Assembly: GCA_965248265.1 (NCBI GenBank)
Contig: CBDFJF010000001.1
Span: 2,016,001-2,080,000 of the forward strand
Length of the DNA stretch: 64,000 nt
Direction of reading: 5' to 3'
Source of the DNA: Candidatus Latescibacterota bacterium
GTDB taxonomy: Bacteria; Latescibacterota; UBA2968; UBA8231
Numbering within the stretch: position 1 is the first letter of the stretch; the number at the start of each line of letters is the position of its first letter. A program made the translations under genes and the position numbers. Below are positions 49,072 through 58,449 of the stretch, piece after piece. The notes under the pieces were generated by a model that saw only the letters and a program-made list of their open reading frames with translations, searched no databases and had not been told where the DNA came from.

Positions 49072-49307
49072 TTCGCAAGCGTTCGCACGGACTCAATCAA
49101 CTCAGGTGTCAGATCTTCATCCGGCACTTCGATCCCGAACTCCGCCTCCACTGCGGCAATGACCTGAAGGGTGGCTATCGAATTCAGACCCAGCCCACCC
49201 TCGAACAGAGCCTCGTCGTCTGCTATCTCATCGGCTGAAAGCTGGAGTTCGAGGGCCTTGATTACACAGCCTTTCACACGTTCGCTCACGCTCTCTTTTT
49301 GTCCCAT
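49014..49307 (-). CDS. Acyl/peptidyl carrier protein
   Basis: GLGLNSIATL (phosphopantetheine Ser), VEAEFGIEVPDEDL, SVRTLANYV; acidic, core of about 80 aa. Confidence 0.85.
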   Translation of the reverse strand: MGQKESVSERVKGCVIKALELQLSADEIADDEALFEGGLGLNSIATLQVIAAVEAEFGIEVPDEDLTPELIESVRTLANYVVSVSSSSISSLSGMPS

Positions 49308-51244
49308 CTCGCTTCCTCCGATTGTGAATGACCAGTTTTCCGGGCGCGCCCGGAAAATTGGTGTACGATGCGCTCTGTGAGCCGGCGAATCCCGGACTCG
49401 GAGGCTATCGATATTGCTGCGATGGAAAAATGGTCCTCCAGACGCTGTAGGGTTCGTGACATGTCCGTGTCACCTATACGGTGTTCAACCGCCGGCGAAG
49501 CGCCGGCGATCCTGGACTGGTCGCTCAATGCCAGAGCCAACACCGGACACTTACCGATGGCTCCGATCGCTTCAATGGTATCCCGGATGTAGGATTCGGC
49601 ATCAATCGCGTTGACGACGAGGACACAGGCGTCCGGCTTGATGCCCAGCATGAAACTCAACGACGGCAGGGCGAAGGTTTGGGGGTCGTGCAGGTCGAAG
49701 GGGATGGTACCGGACTGGCTCCCGGCTATGATCAGATCTGGCCGTTTGCGCTTGCACAGCTCGCGCATTTTGCCGTCGAGGTACTCGGGATATGAGTCGA
49801 GCGGGAGCTTTACGGTTGATGCGTGTCCGATCGGAAACGCGTAGTCCATGCCGAGCAATTCGGCATGCGGTTCCGTTCCAATCTGGCCGATGCAGTAACC
49901 CCTTTCAGCCAGGATGCGGCGCAAGGCGAGCTGTAGTGTGAGCTTGCCTTGAGAAGAACTCGTCCCGAACACGGCTAGCACGGGCACATCGACTGGCTCA
50001 GTCTGCACGGGGGGTAGCAGCTCTCCCTCCGCGGGTACCTCCGGCGCCATGAACGTCAGACCCTGCTCCCTGGCTGCTCGCAGGTAAGGTTGGTATCGCG
50101 GTGCGGACAGCGTCTGAAAGCTGAAGACATTGAGTTGCCTCTCCAGTGCCCTTGAGAGCCACCGGGCGAGGATATCATCCCCGCGGAGCCGGCCCAGTTC
50201 CCCCGTATATCCAAGGATCAGCGTGTCAGCCTTCTCCATGACGCGGTCGATGTGGCTGACGATGTGGATACCAGACCGGTTGACCCCGAAAGCCTCCCCC
50301 GCGTCCTTGCCGACGTTGCCTCGCAGCGGCAGGTCGACGATACCGACGACCTCGAATTCAAGCAGATCGCTGAAGCGGACGAGGGCGTGCATCTCTTTGG
50401 TGAAGGGATACAGTATGGCTCTGCTGAGCCACTCGTAGTTGCGACCCGGCCGCCCTGATGGATTTTCCAGATCGGCGTGTGAACTCTCGGACGCGCTTCC
50501 CTTGCTGTTTTGGCCCAGCAGGACGCGCACGCCTTGAAGGGAGTGCCCGGGGAAATGCTCCCGAATCAGAGCCACGAATGCACTTACTTTCGGTGCGGCG
50601 AAACTGTTGCCTCCCATCCAGACCTCTTTGCCGCCAGCCCAGCGCAACCGTTGACGACCGCCATTAGCCAGACACTCCGGCACTTCGCCATGCCGATGGA
50701 TGTAATCGAATTTCCCTGGCAGGTCCCGCGAACCGACACTGATGACCGGTTCGAGGCAGGCGGGATAGCTGGCGGTCGATCTGTTTGCCATGGCCGCCAC
50801 CACGATGACATTGGCCTGCATGGCACGCTGGCAGATGTCGAGAAGGTCCCGGCGAAGCGAGGCATCTTCGGTGCCCAGACTGAGGTTGACGACGTCCATG
50901 CCCTCCTCGATCGCCCAGGCAATGGCCGCCACCAGGAGCCTACCATCCGCTCGCATGGACTCGTCTAGAATCCGCACCGAGTACAACTCGACGGCCGGAG
51001 CAATTCTGCGGATGATGCCGGCGCAGGCCGTGCCATGGCCAGCGCGATCGGTGACGGCGACTCCAACTCGCACCCCGCCGCCGGGGCTCAAGGACAGATC
51101 GACACCGCGCACGAATCCCGCCGATTGCTGAGCCAGCGCGTCGATGCCGCTGTCAACGACAGCGACCTTGACCCCTTTCCCGTCGAGTCGATCGAATGGA
51201 ATCTTGTGATCTTTGCCCATGACACCATGAGTCGTGCTCATCAC
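49286..51244 (-). CDS. S8 (subtilisin-like) peptidase fused to a DUF1611/DgcN-like domain
   Basis: Triad VAVVDSG / GHGTACAG / GNSFAAP and NLSLG; C-terminal half YPFTKEMH, VFGTSSSQGK (P-loop-like), GQIGTEP, GSQSG; no signal peptide. Confidence 0.8.
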   Translation of the reverse strand: MMSTTHGVMGKDHKIPFDRLDGKGVKVAVVDSGIDALAQQSAGFVRGVDLSLSPGGGVRVGVAVTDRAGHGTACAGIIRRIAPAVELYSVRILDESMRADGRLLVAAIAWAIEEGMDVVNLSLGTEDASLRRDLLDICQRAMQANVIVVAAMANRSTASYPACLEPVISVGSRDLPGKFDYIHRHGEVPECLANGGRQRLRWAGGKEVWMGGNSFAAPKVSAFVALIREHFPGHSLQGVRVLLGQNSKGSASESSHADLENPSGRPGRNYEWLSRAILYPFTKEMHALVRFSDLLEFEVVGIVDLPLRGNVGKDAGEAFGVNRSGIHIVSHIDRVMEKADTLILGYTGELGRLRGDDILARWLSRALERQLNVFSFQTLSAPRYQPYLRAAREQGLTFMAPEVPAEGELLPPVQTEPVDVPVLAVFGTSSSQGKLTLQLALRRILAERGYCIGQIGTEPHAELLGMDYAFPIGHASTVKLPLDSYPEYLDGKMRELCKRKRPDLIIAGSQSGTIPFDLHDPQTFALPSLSFMLGIKPDACVLVVNAIDAESYIRDTIEAIGAIGKCPVLALALSDQSRIAGASPAVEHRIGDTDMSRTLQRLEDHFSIAAISIASESGIRRLTERIVHQFSGRARKTGHSQSEEARWDKKRA

Positions 51245-51938
51245 GCGGCCCGACGATGATCGCCCTCAATGGCCGCGATCCTGCGCCGTCGCCAATCCAC
51301 GAGCACTCGCAACAACCCTTTAGGACCAGACCACTCATACACAAACGTGCTTATGCCGCCCCATGAGACGTCGTCATAACCATAGCTGCGCTTCGTCGTC
51401 AGGCCCCGGAGCAAGTCGGTTTCCGCGAAGTAGAAACCCAGATCGGGATGCCGGGCGATCAACGGCAGGTAATTCTCCATCAAGAACGAACTGTCCGGCA
51501 GAGCCCGAAAACCAAAGCGTTTTAGACTGGAATACCCTTGCGGTTGAACACCCAGGTGACGGCCTCAATGCGATCGAATGAACCACTGCACAATACCCGA
51601 ATAACGGGAAGGGCAAGTTGGCGCCAGAAGGTCCCACGTCGCTGAAAGAGGGGTGCGGTTTCAGCCGCCGACATGATGGCGACCCGGCCATCATCTTGTT
51701 TCTCGTCAACCTGCACCGAGGCGATGACGGCACCATCGCACTTGAGAATGAAAGTGCCGACTCGATTGGGGCGGCGTTCCTCCCGCACCAGAGCGCGGGC
51801 CGTAACGGTTTCGGCCTGAGCTGGTTTCGTCCGGTATCCCTGCGAACTCAACGACCAGTGCTCATCGCGCATCCAGTTCAGAAACTGCGCGAACGCTTCG
51901 GCGTTGTCGGGGTTGAGTTTGGCTTTCACGAACGTCAT
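51241..51938 (-). pseudogene. GNAT-family acyltransferase, split by a 1-bp deletion near 51523
   Basis: PLFQRRG (motif A); TWVFNRKGIPV then TA-AAA-CGC-TTT-GGT-TTT, where one added base restores YKRFGF (motif B) and joins ORF 51241-51483. Confidence 0.78.
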
Positions 51939-53590
51939 GCCCTGACCCTGACCTCGGCGATCTTGCCCTCCTCCATGGTCACTATGTAGTCGGCGATCTC
52001 CGTCAGTGCCTTGCGGTGGGCGACCATGATCGTCGTGCGCTCACGGCGTACCCGTTGCAGGGCTTGCAGAATTCGCGCTTGCGACTCCACATCAAGCGCG
52101 GAAGTCGGCTCGTCCAGGATGAGGATGGGATGGTCGAATAGGAATACCCGAGCCAGAGCCAGACGTTGCCTCTGGCCGTCCGACAGGCCGGCGCCGCCTT
52201 CGCCCACCAGCGTGTCGTAGCGGTCGGGCAGCGCGCAGATCTGGTCATGGATGCAGGCCACGCGGGTTGCCTCCACCATGTTGGCTTCGGTGACATCTCT
52301 CCCGAACAAGAGGTTGTCTCTAATTGTGCCCTGAAACAGCTGCGTGCCCTGCATGGCGAATCCGATCTGCCGTCGCACGGTGTGCAGTTGCTGTGCCCGT
52401 ATGTCGGCGCCATCGATCGATACCACGCCGGCGTCCGGGTCATAGAAGCGCGGAATCAGCTTGACCAGCGTGCTCTTGCCGGCGCCACTTCGACCGACGA
52501 GGGCTACCATGGCACCGGCCGGGATGGTCAGGTTGATTCGATCCAGTACGCGCTCCGTACCGTAGCTGAAACTGACATCGTGGAAGCATACGTGCCCCTC
52601 GATCCGGCCAAGCGCCGGCAACGAACGGTCATTGCGAATGGCGGGGAGGCGTTCGTAGATCTCGAAGAAGCGATCGGCATGCACCAGGGTGACCTGCAGA
52701 CGTGGCCACAACCCAATCAGGGCCTGCAAAGGCCCGTACAAATAGCCGACGTAGGCGGAGAACGCCATCAGCGTACCCAGCGAGAGATGACCATGCAGCA
52801 CCTGAGTCCAGCCGTACCATCCGTACGCCGCGGTTCCCACTGCCTTGATCACGACCCCCGCAAAGCCGATTGCCGAGCCTATGCAGCTGATGCGCACCCG
52901 CAACCTGGCTACCGAGGCGAAGCGCTCCCGCAGATTGAGGTAGAAGCTTTCTTCGAGGGAGAGCGCTTGAACCGTCCTCATACCCGCCAGGGACTCTATG
53001 GTCTTGGCCGACAGCTCGGCGCTGCCCTCCGCGATATGCCTGGCATACCGGCGCTGATAGCGCCCCGAGACGGCTACCAGCAGCGAATCGAAAGGCAGTA
53101 CCGCGATGCTGATCAGCGCCAGCCTCCAGTTGATATAGATGAGCACGGCGGGAAAAACGGCCAGCTGCAGCAGGTTGATGATCACACTTGAGATCAGCGC
53201 CACGGTGCCCGACACCGAGCTCTGCATGTCCTGGAAGCGCGCCATAATCTCTCCGGTTTCACTCTCGTCGTAAAAACGGAAGTCGAGGCTCTGCAGATGG
53301 CGATACAGACGGGACTGAAAGTCAAAACTCAAGCCGATGCCGATACGCTGCTGAAACAGCCCGGTCGCCGTATTGGTCACACCCAGCACCAGAGAGACGG
53401 CGGCTCCGAGAATCAGCAGGCAGTACAGCAACCCGAAGTCCTGGTGCGGGTAGACATCGTCGATCAACACCTTCGTCAGGTAGGGGCCGGGCAGACTTAT
53501 CACCGCGATCAGAATGGCCGCCAGCAAGGCCTGTAACAGCTGCATCCAATAGGGTCGCAGCAGCGCGAGAATTTTACACACCGACTTCAT
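51935..53590 (-). CDS. ABC exporter (TMD+NBD), peptide/type I secretion type, without a C39 domain
   Basis: Multiple TM helices; GRSGAGKST, LSDGQRQR, ILDEPTSALD, VAHR. Confidence 0.9.
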   Translation of the reverse strand: MKSVCKILALLRPYWMQLLQALLAAILIAVISLPGPYLTKVLIDDVYPHQDFGLLYCLLILGAAVSLVLGVTNTATGLFQQRIGIGLSFDFQSRLYRHLQSLDFRFYDESETGEIMARFQDMQSSVSGTVALISSVIINLLQLAVFPAVLIYINWRLALISIAVLPFDSLLVAVSGRYQRRYARHIAEGSAELSAKTIESLAGMRTVQALSLEESFYLNLRERFASVARLRVRISCIGSAIGFAGVVIKAVGTAAYGWYGWTQVLHGHLSLGTLMAFSAYVGYLYGPLQALIGLWPRLQVTLVHADRFFEIYERLPAIRNDRSLPALGRIEGHVCFHDVSFSYGTERVLDRINLTIPAGAMVALVGRSGAGKSTLVKLIPRFYDPDAGVVSIDGADIRAQQLHTVRRQIGFAMQGTQLFQGTIRDNLLFGRDVTEANMVEATRVACIHDQICALPDRYDTLVGEGGAGLSDGQRQRLALARVFLFDHPILILDEPTSALDVESQARILQALQRVRRERTTIMVAHRKALTEIADYIVTMEEGKIAEVRVRA

Positions 53591-54753
53591 GCGCTTTTGA
53601 CTCGAAAGCGTATGGCCTCAGTGTCGACCCTCCCCAGCCCTCGCGACGCCGCCCGCCACAGCAATTCGAGAATGCGCCCGCGATCGACGATGATGCGCAC
53701 CGTCGCAGTCATGCCCGCGAAGAATTCATGCGACCGGTCGAAATCATTGATGGTCGTCTGGCGCAGCGCAACTCGAACAGGATAGCCCGCCGGCGTCGGT
53801 TGTACGCCGATGCGGGCGACCTGTCCGTGCAGTATCTCGTATTCCATGTGCGGAAAACCACTTACCTCGATCCGTGCGCTCTGACCGAGTCGTACCCGCG
53901 GGATATCGGTCTCAGCGATGTCCGTCTCAACGACCCAGGACTTAGCCTCGGCCACCTCCACGACGGTTTCCCCCGCTTCGACCCGATCGCCCTGACGCTC
54001 TTCCAGTTTTGCCGTCAGCACCACGCCGTCCAGTGGCGAGAGCAGAAGAGTCTGCTCGATCTTGCGCATGAGACGCTGCCGCTCCTCTTCCCATTTCTCC
54101 AGCTCCCTACCCAGTTCCTCCGGCTCGCGTTCGCGACCCTCATGTGCCGACTGGCGCGTTGCAGCCAGTTTCCAGAGTGCCACTTTGTGCTCGAGCACTC
54201 CCTGCACCCGCTGCACGGGAATCAGATCGTCGACAGGGTTGCGGCGCCACCCAAGTAGGTTGCCGGATACTTCGTCGGCTGCCGAATGCTCCAGGCGCAC
54301 TCTCCTCACTTCGAGAGCCGCCCGCTTGACCTCGATTTGCGCCACCGTCAGTTCTTCACTGGCAATGCGGCGATCACTGTGCAGTCGAGCGCGCAGACGG
54401 TACAGCCGGCTGTTCATGATTGCAATCTCGTCGTCAACCCTTTCCAGCTGGCTTTTCCACTCCCGGTCATCCAGCGATACCAATCGATCGCCGGCGCGCA
54501 CCAGGGCGCCAGAGGGTACATGGACCTCGCTGACGATGCCGGCCACCACCGACTTGACCTTGTGGCGTACGGCGGGCGCCAACACCCCTTCGCCTTTGAC
54601 GCTTATGTCCATATGGAAAAGCCAGGCCAGGATCGCGGCGGACCCGGCGAATACTATGAAGGCACCCAGCAGGATCCACAGGAACGAGCGCGTCAGGGCG
54701 AAGCCGGTATCCGCGAACAGGTCATTGCCGTCATGTTGATCGGGTGTACTCAA
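53587..54753 (-). CDS. HlyD-family membrane fusion protein
   Basis: N-terminal TM, lipoyl halves VAGIVSEVHV and SPLDGVV, coiled coil, FPHMEY, AGMTATVRI; start placed at TTG 54753. Confidence 0.88.
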   Translation of the reverse strand: MSTPDQHDGNDLFADTGFALTRSFLWILLGAFIVFAGSAAILAWLFHMDISVKGEGVLAPAVRHKVKSVVAGIVSEVHVPSGALVRAGDRLVSLDDREWKSQLERVDDEIAIMNSRLYRLRARLHSDRRIASEELTVAQIEVKRAALEVRRVRLEHSAADEVSGNLLGWRRNPVDDLIPVQRVQGVLEHKVALWKLAATRQSAHEGREREPEELGRELEKWEEERQRLMRKIEQTLLLSPLDGVVLTAKLEERQGDRVEAGETVVEVAEAKSWVVETDIAETDIPRVRLGQSARIEVSGFPHMEYEILHGQVARIGVQPTPAGYPVRVALRQTTINDFDRSHEFFAGMTATVRIIVDRGRILELLWRAASRGLGRVDTEAIRFRVKSA

Positions 54754-54845
54754 AGAACTCTCACCGGTGGCTGGAATCGTCCACGGTTCCGATATGTGTA
54801 ACAAACCATGGACGTGGAGGTGGCCTCTTGCAGAGGTAACTCGGG

Positions 54846-54860
54846 GCAAATGGTGTGCCC
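54846..54860 (-). promoter_or_regulatory. sigma54 promoter for the hlyD operon
   Basis: Minus strand GGGCACACCATTTGC = GGCAC-N5-TTGC, about 90 bp upstream of the hlyD start. Confidence 0.65.
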
Positions 54861-55011
54861 GCGTACTACAGTGCCCTCGATCCGGTCGAGAAAACTGGCA
54901 TGAGCGAGAGGCTCACCGGCCATCAGACCTTGCCCCCTTCGTTACCTGTTGGATACACGAGTGTGTGCACGACTACATGCCCCGGGCATGCAAAATCCTT
55001 ATGTTCAGGAC

Positions 55012-55419
55012 ATGCCCGATCCCGTGATCATCTACGACGGCGAGTGCCGTTTCTGTCAGTGGAGTGTGCGCCGTATCCGCAAGCTCGACCGGCGCCAGCA
55101 GTTCGAGTACGCCCCGCGCCAGACCGAGGGGATCGACGCACGGTTTCCGGTACTAACAGAGTCCGATTTCAACACCGGTCTTCGTCTGATCGACGGTGAG
55201 GCCGTGCACGTAGGTGCTGATGCCATCTACCAGATCTACCGCCACATCCCGCCCTACAGTTTGATTGCGTGGCTGTATCGCATTCCGCCGTTTACCCAGC
55301 TGGCTCGTCTCGGCTACGGCATCATAGCCCGCAACCGCCACCGCTTCGGTCGCGTTGAGTGCGACACCGACGTCTGCGCCGTCCCGGCGGTGACTGAACC
55401 TGCCCCTTCTGAGGTTTAG
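55012..55419 (+). CDS. DCC1-like thiol-disulfide oxidoreductase (DUF393)
   Basis: IIYDGECRFC, GADA, YGIIARNRHR. Confidence 0.88.
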   Translation: MPDPVIIYDGECRFCQWSVRRIRKLDRRQQFEYAPRQTEGIDARFPVLTESDFNTGLRLIDGEAVHVGADAIYQIYRHIPPYSLIAWLYRIPPFTQLARLGYGIIARNRHRFGRVECDTDVCAVPAVTEPAPSEV

Positions 55420-55589
55420 AACTGCCGAGTTGTCAGGTACTTGAACCACCGGTGTGTACCCAACCTCACAAACGCCCCAGAATGACCATGGCTTCCTGTG
55501 TGTGACTGAGCGGTACGGCTTTTGCCCTCTGTGACTCGGCAACTTGGAACTGCACGAGACACGCGGTATATTGGGAGGGATCAGCAAAA

Positions 55590-55904
55590 ATGGCCGAATC
55601 CACCGAACAAACCCCACACCAGTAGCCAGAAGAAATGTACTGGGCCCTGACCCTTCGGACAGATCTTCAGGACATCCGCAATGAGATCCGCGGTTTGCAC
55701 ACACGCATCGACAATAGCAGTGCTGCTGCCAACGCTCGCATTGACGACATGGGTGCTTCGATGAACGCTCGTTTTGACGAGGCAGCAGCGACTACCAACG
55801 CGCGATTCGAGGCCTTGTCTCTCCGTCTGGATTCCCAGTTCCGCTGGATGATTATGGCGATGATCGGGATGACAGGGTTACTCGCCGCGCTCATCAAACT
55901 GTAG
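55590..55904 (+). pseudogene. Small coiled-coil protein with C-terminal membrane anchor, interrupted by an in-frame TAG
   Basis: GGGAGG RBS and ATG 55590, TAG at 55623, same frame resumes at ATG 55635; heptad-like NARID/NARFD/NARFE repeats; hydrophobic C-terminus. Confidence 0.6.
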
Positions 55905-55950
55905 TCCGGCAGCGCTCAGCCCAGAGCGCACCGAGCAATCTGGCCAACCG

Positions 55951-56766
55951 ATGGCTACCCTTCCTTTCTTGCGCACGCGCGAAAACCGGCTACGACTGCT
56001 CGCCGTCCTCACCGTCGCCTTTCTCTCTCTTATCCTTTTCAGAGAGCCGATTCCACAGGATTCGGCCTATCACGATTTCGCCGACCAGCGCGTGCTCGCT
56101 AGCCTGCCGCATGCGCTTAACGTGGTTTCTAACCTGCCGTTGGCGCTTGTCGGCATCTATGGTTTGCTCGTCATCGGCCGACTGGTTCGGCGAGCGGACT
56201 CGACCTCGTTCGCGACAAACTCGGAGTCGATCCCTTACATCCTTCTGTTCCTCGCTCTGTCGTTAACGGGCCTGGGCTCTTCCTACTACCACCTGGCTCC
56301 TGACACACCCCGCTTGTTCTGGGATCGTCTGCCGATGAGCGTCGCCTTCATGGCCTATCTTGGCGCCGCCATCACCGAGCGCATCGACCGCCGCACCGGA
56401 CTCGTGTCTCTGATCCCCCTGGTGGCCTCTGGCATCCTCAGCGTCCTTTACTGGCGCGCCACCGAACTCGCCGGTGCCGGCGACCTGCGCTTTTATATCC
56501 TTGTCCAGGGGTATCCGACGTTGTTCGTGCTGCTGATGGTGCTGTTGCTGCCCTCATCCTATACCCGCGGCCGCATGCTCATCACCGTCACCGCCCTCTA
56601 TATGCTCACCCGTCTCGTCGAAATCTGCGATGCTGCCATATACCACCTCGGTCATCTTGTCAGCGGCCACACCCTCAAACACCTGCTCACCGCCGTCGCC
56701 GTATGGTGGATCATCCGCATGCTGCAGCTGCGGAAAATACACCCGCCCACCTCCTCATCTGGCTGA
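55951..56766 (+). CDS. Alkaline ceramidase-like (CREST superfamily) membrane hydrolase
   Basis: YHDFADQR, NVVSN, GSSYYH, WDRLPM, SGHTLKH; multiple TM helices. Confidence 0.8.
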   Translation: MATLPFLRTRENRLRLLAVLTVAFLSLILFREPIPQDSAYHDFADQRVLASLPHALNVVSNLPLALVGIYGLLVIGRLVRRADSTSFATNSESIPYILLFLALSLTGLGSSYYHLAPDTPRLFWDRLPMSVAFMAYLGAAITERIDRRTGLVSLIPLVASGILSVLYWRATELAGAGDLRFYILVQGYPTLFVLLMVLLLPSSYTRGRMLITVTALYMLTRLVEICDAAIYHLGHLVSGHTLKHLLTAVAVWWIIRMLQLRKIHPPTSSSG

Positions 56767-56948
56767 ATCTATCGCATATTGCGTCACCCCAGGCCCTGCG
56801 ATATACTAACGGTAACCTTTACGCAAAGGTCACTGTTCCAACACCTTACAGGACCAGGTCCGGTCCCTCGTTACCGGGGAAAATGATCATGCATCACCCA
56901 GTCAAAGTTCACGAGCACCACGTAGAGTCAGCCGTGTTTGGATATCCC

Positions 56949-57040
56949 TTAGAGAAACGCGCAGGCGTTTCTCGGTGTGCCGCTGAGAGCCAACACTAAT
57001 GCCTGATCAACCTATCAGCGGCACCCCTATCAGCGGCACC
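56949..57040. repeat. Dispersed palindromic (REP-like) element, copy 1, ending in a 15-bp tandem duplication
   Basis: ttagagaaacgc-gcag-gcgtttctcggtgtgccgct...aatgcctgatcaa(cctatcagcggcacc)x2. Confidence 0.75.
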
Positions 57041-57041
57041 G

Positions 57042-58433
57042 ATGTCTGAATCACCTACCAGCAGCTACGACGCCATCGTCATAGGTACCGGACAAGCCGG
57101 CCCGTCACTGGCTGACCGCTTCGACGACGAAGGGCTCAAGGTAGCCGTCATTGAGCGCAAGCTATTCGGCGGCACCTGCGTCAACGTCGGTTGCGTCCCG
57201 ACCAAGACCCTCGTCGCCAGCGCCCGCGCCGCCCACATGGCACGACGGGCAGCCGATTTCGGCGTCGTCCTCGATGCCCCCGTGCGCGTCGACATGGAGC
57301 AGGTGAAGGCGCGCAAGGATGCCATCGTCGCCCGCTCCAACTCCGGTCTCAGTGGCTGGATGCACGGCCTCGACAACGGCACCGTTTTCGAGGGCCATGG
57401 ACGCTTCGAGGGGCCAAACCTGGTGCGGGTCGGTGATGAGCTGCTCCAGGCCGACAAGATCTTCCTAAACGTCGGCGCCCGCGCCGTCGTACCACCGATC
57501 CCCGGGGTGGATCAGGTTGACTATTTCACCAACTCCACCATCATGGACGTCGACTTTCTGCCAGAGCATCTGGTCATCATCGGCGGCAGCTACATCGCGC
57601 TCGAATTCGCGCAGATGTACCGCCGCTTCGGCAGCCAGGTTTCCGTCATCGAACGGGGCCCGATGCTATTGGCCCGGGAAGACGAAGACATTTCCATCGC
57701 CATCCGCGACATCCTCGAGAAGGAAGGCATTGCCATATACTGCGGCTCTTCCGCTGACTCGATCAGCAAGACTGAGGATGGCCTGGCCGTCGACTTGACC
57801 ACCCCGTCCGGACCGGAGACGGTCTCAGGGTCACACCTGCTGATGGCCGTCGGCCGGCGTCCCAACACGGACGATCTGGGAGCCGAGGCAGCCGGGCTCC
57901 AGCTTGATGAGCACGGCTTCATCACCGTGGATGACCAACTGCGTACTAACGTGCCCGGTATCTGGGCTATCGGCGACTGCAACGGGCTGGCCGCCTTCAC
58001 CCATACCTCGTACAATGAGTTCGAAATCGTCGCCGCCAATCTTTTCGATGACGACCCACGACGGGTCAGCGACCGCATCCCCTGTTACGGCTTGTTCATC
58101 GACCCCCCGTTGGGACGCGTCGGCATGACCGAGACCCAGGTGCGAAACTCGGGGCGCAAAGTCCTCGTCGGCCGGCGTGACATGGCGGATGTGGGACGCG
58201 CCAAGGAGCGCGGTGAGACCGACGGCTTCATCAAGATTCACGTCGATGCAGAGGATGGTCAGATTCTGGGCGCCGCCATCCTCGGCATAAGCGGCGACGA
58301 GGTCGTCCATCAACTACTGGACATCATGTACGCCAGGGCCCCTTACACAGTGATACAGCGAGCGGTGCACATACATCCCACAGTCTCGGAACTGATTCCC
58401 ACCGTGCTGGGTGATCTCAAACCCATGGACTGA
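57042..58433 (+). CDS. Class I pyridine nucleotide-disulfide oxidoreductase
   Basis: GTGQAG, GGTCVNVGCVPTK, GGSYIALE, AIGD, HPTVSE. Confidence 0.9.
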   Translation: MSESPTSSYDAIVIGTGQAGPSLADRFDDEGLKVAVIERKLFGGTCVNVGCVPTKTLVASARAAHMARRAADFGVVLDAPVRVDMEQVKARKDAIVARSNSGLSGWMHGLDNGTVFEGHGRFEGPNLVRVGDELLQADKIFLNVGARAVVPPIPGVDQVDYFTNSTIMDVDFLPEHLVIIGGSYIALEFAQMYRRFGSQVSVIERGPMLLAREDEDISIAIRDILEKEGIAIYCGSSADSISKTEDGLAVDLTTPSGPETVSGSHLLMAVGRRPNTDDLGAEAAGLQLDEHGFITVDDQLRTNVPGIWAIGDCNGLAAFTHTSYNEFEIVAANLFDDDPRRVSDRIPCYGLFIDPPLGRVGMTETQVRNSGRKVLVGRRDMADVGRAKERGETDGFIKIHVDAEDGQILGAAILGISGDEVVHQLLDIMYARAPYTVIQRAVHIHPTVSELIPTVLGDLKPMD

Positions 58434-58449
58434 GCGTGGAAACACAGCC

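Noticed and set aside
57042-58433. Mercuric reductase merA
   Set aside because: Lacks the C-terminal Cys-Cys pair and the N-terminal metal-binding domain; no mer genes nearby.
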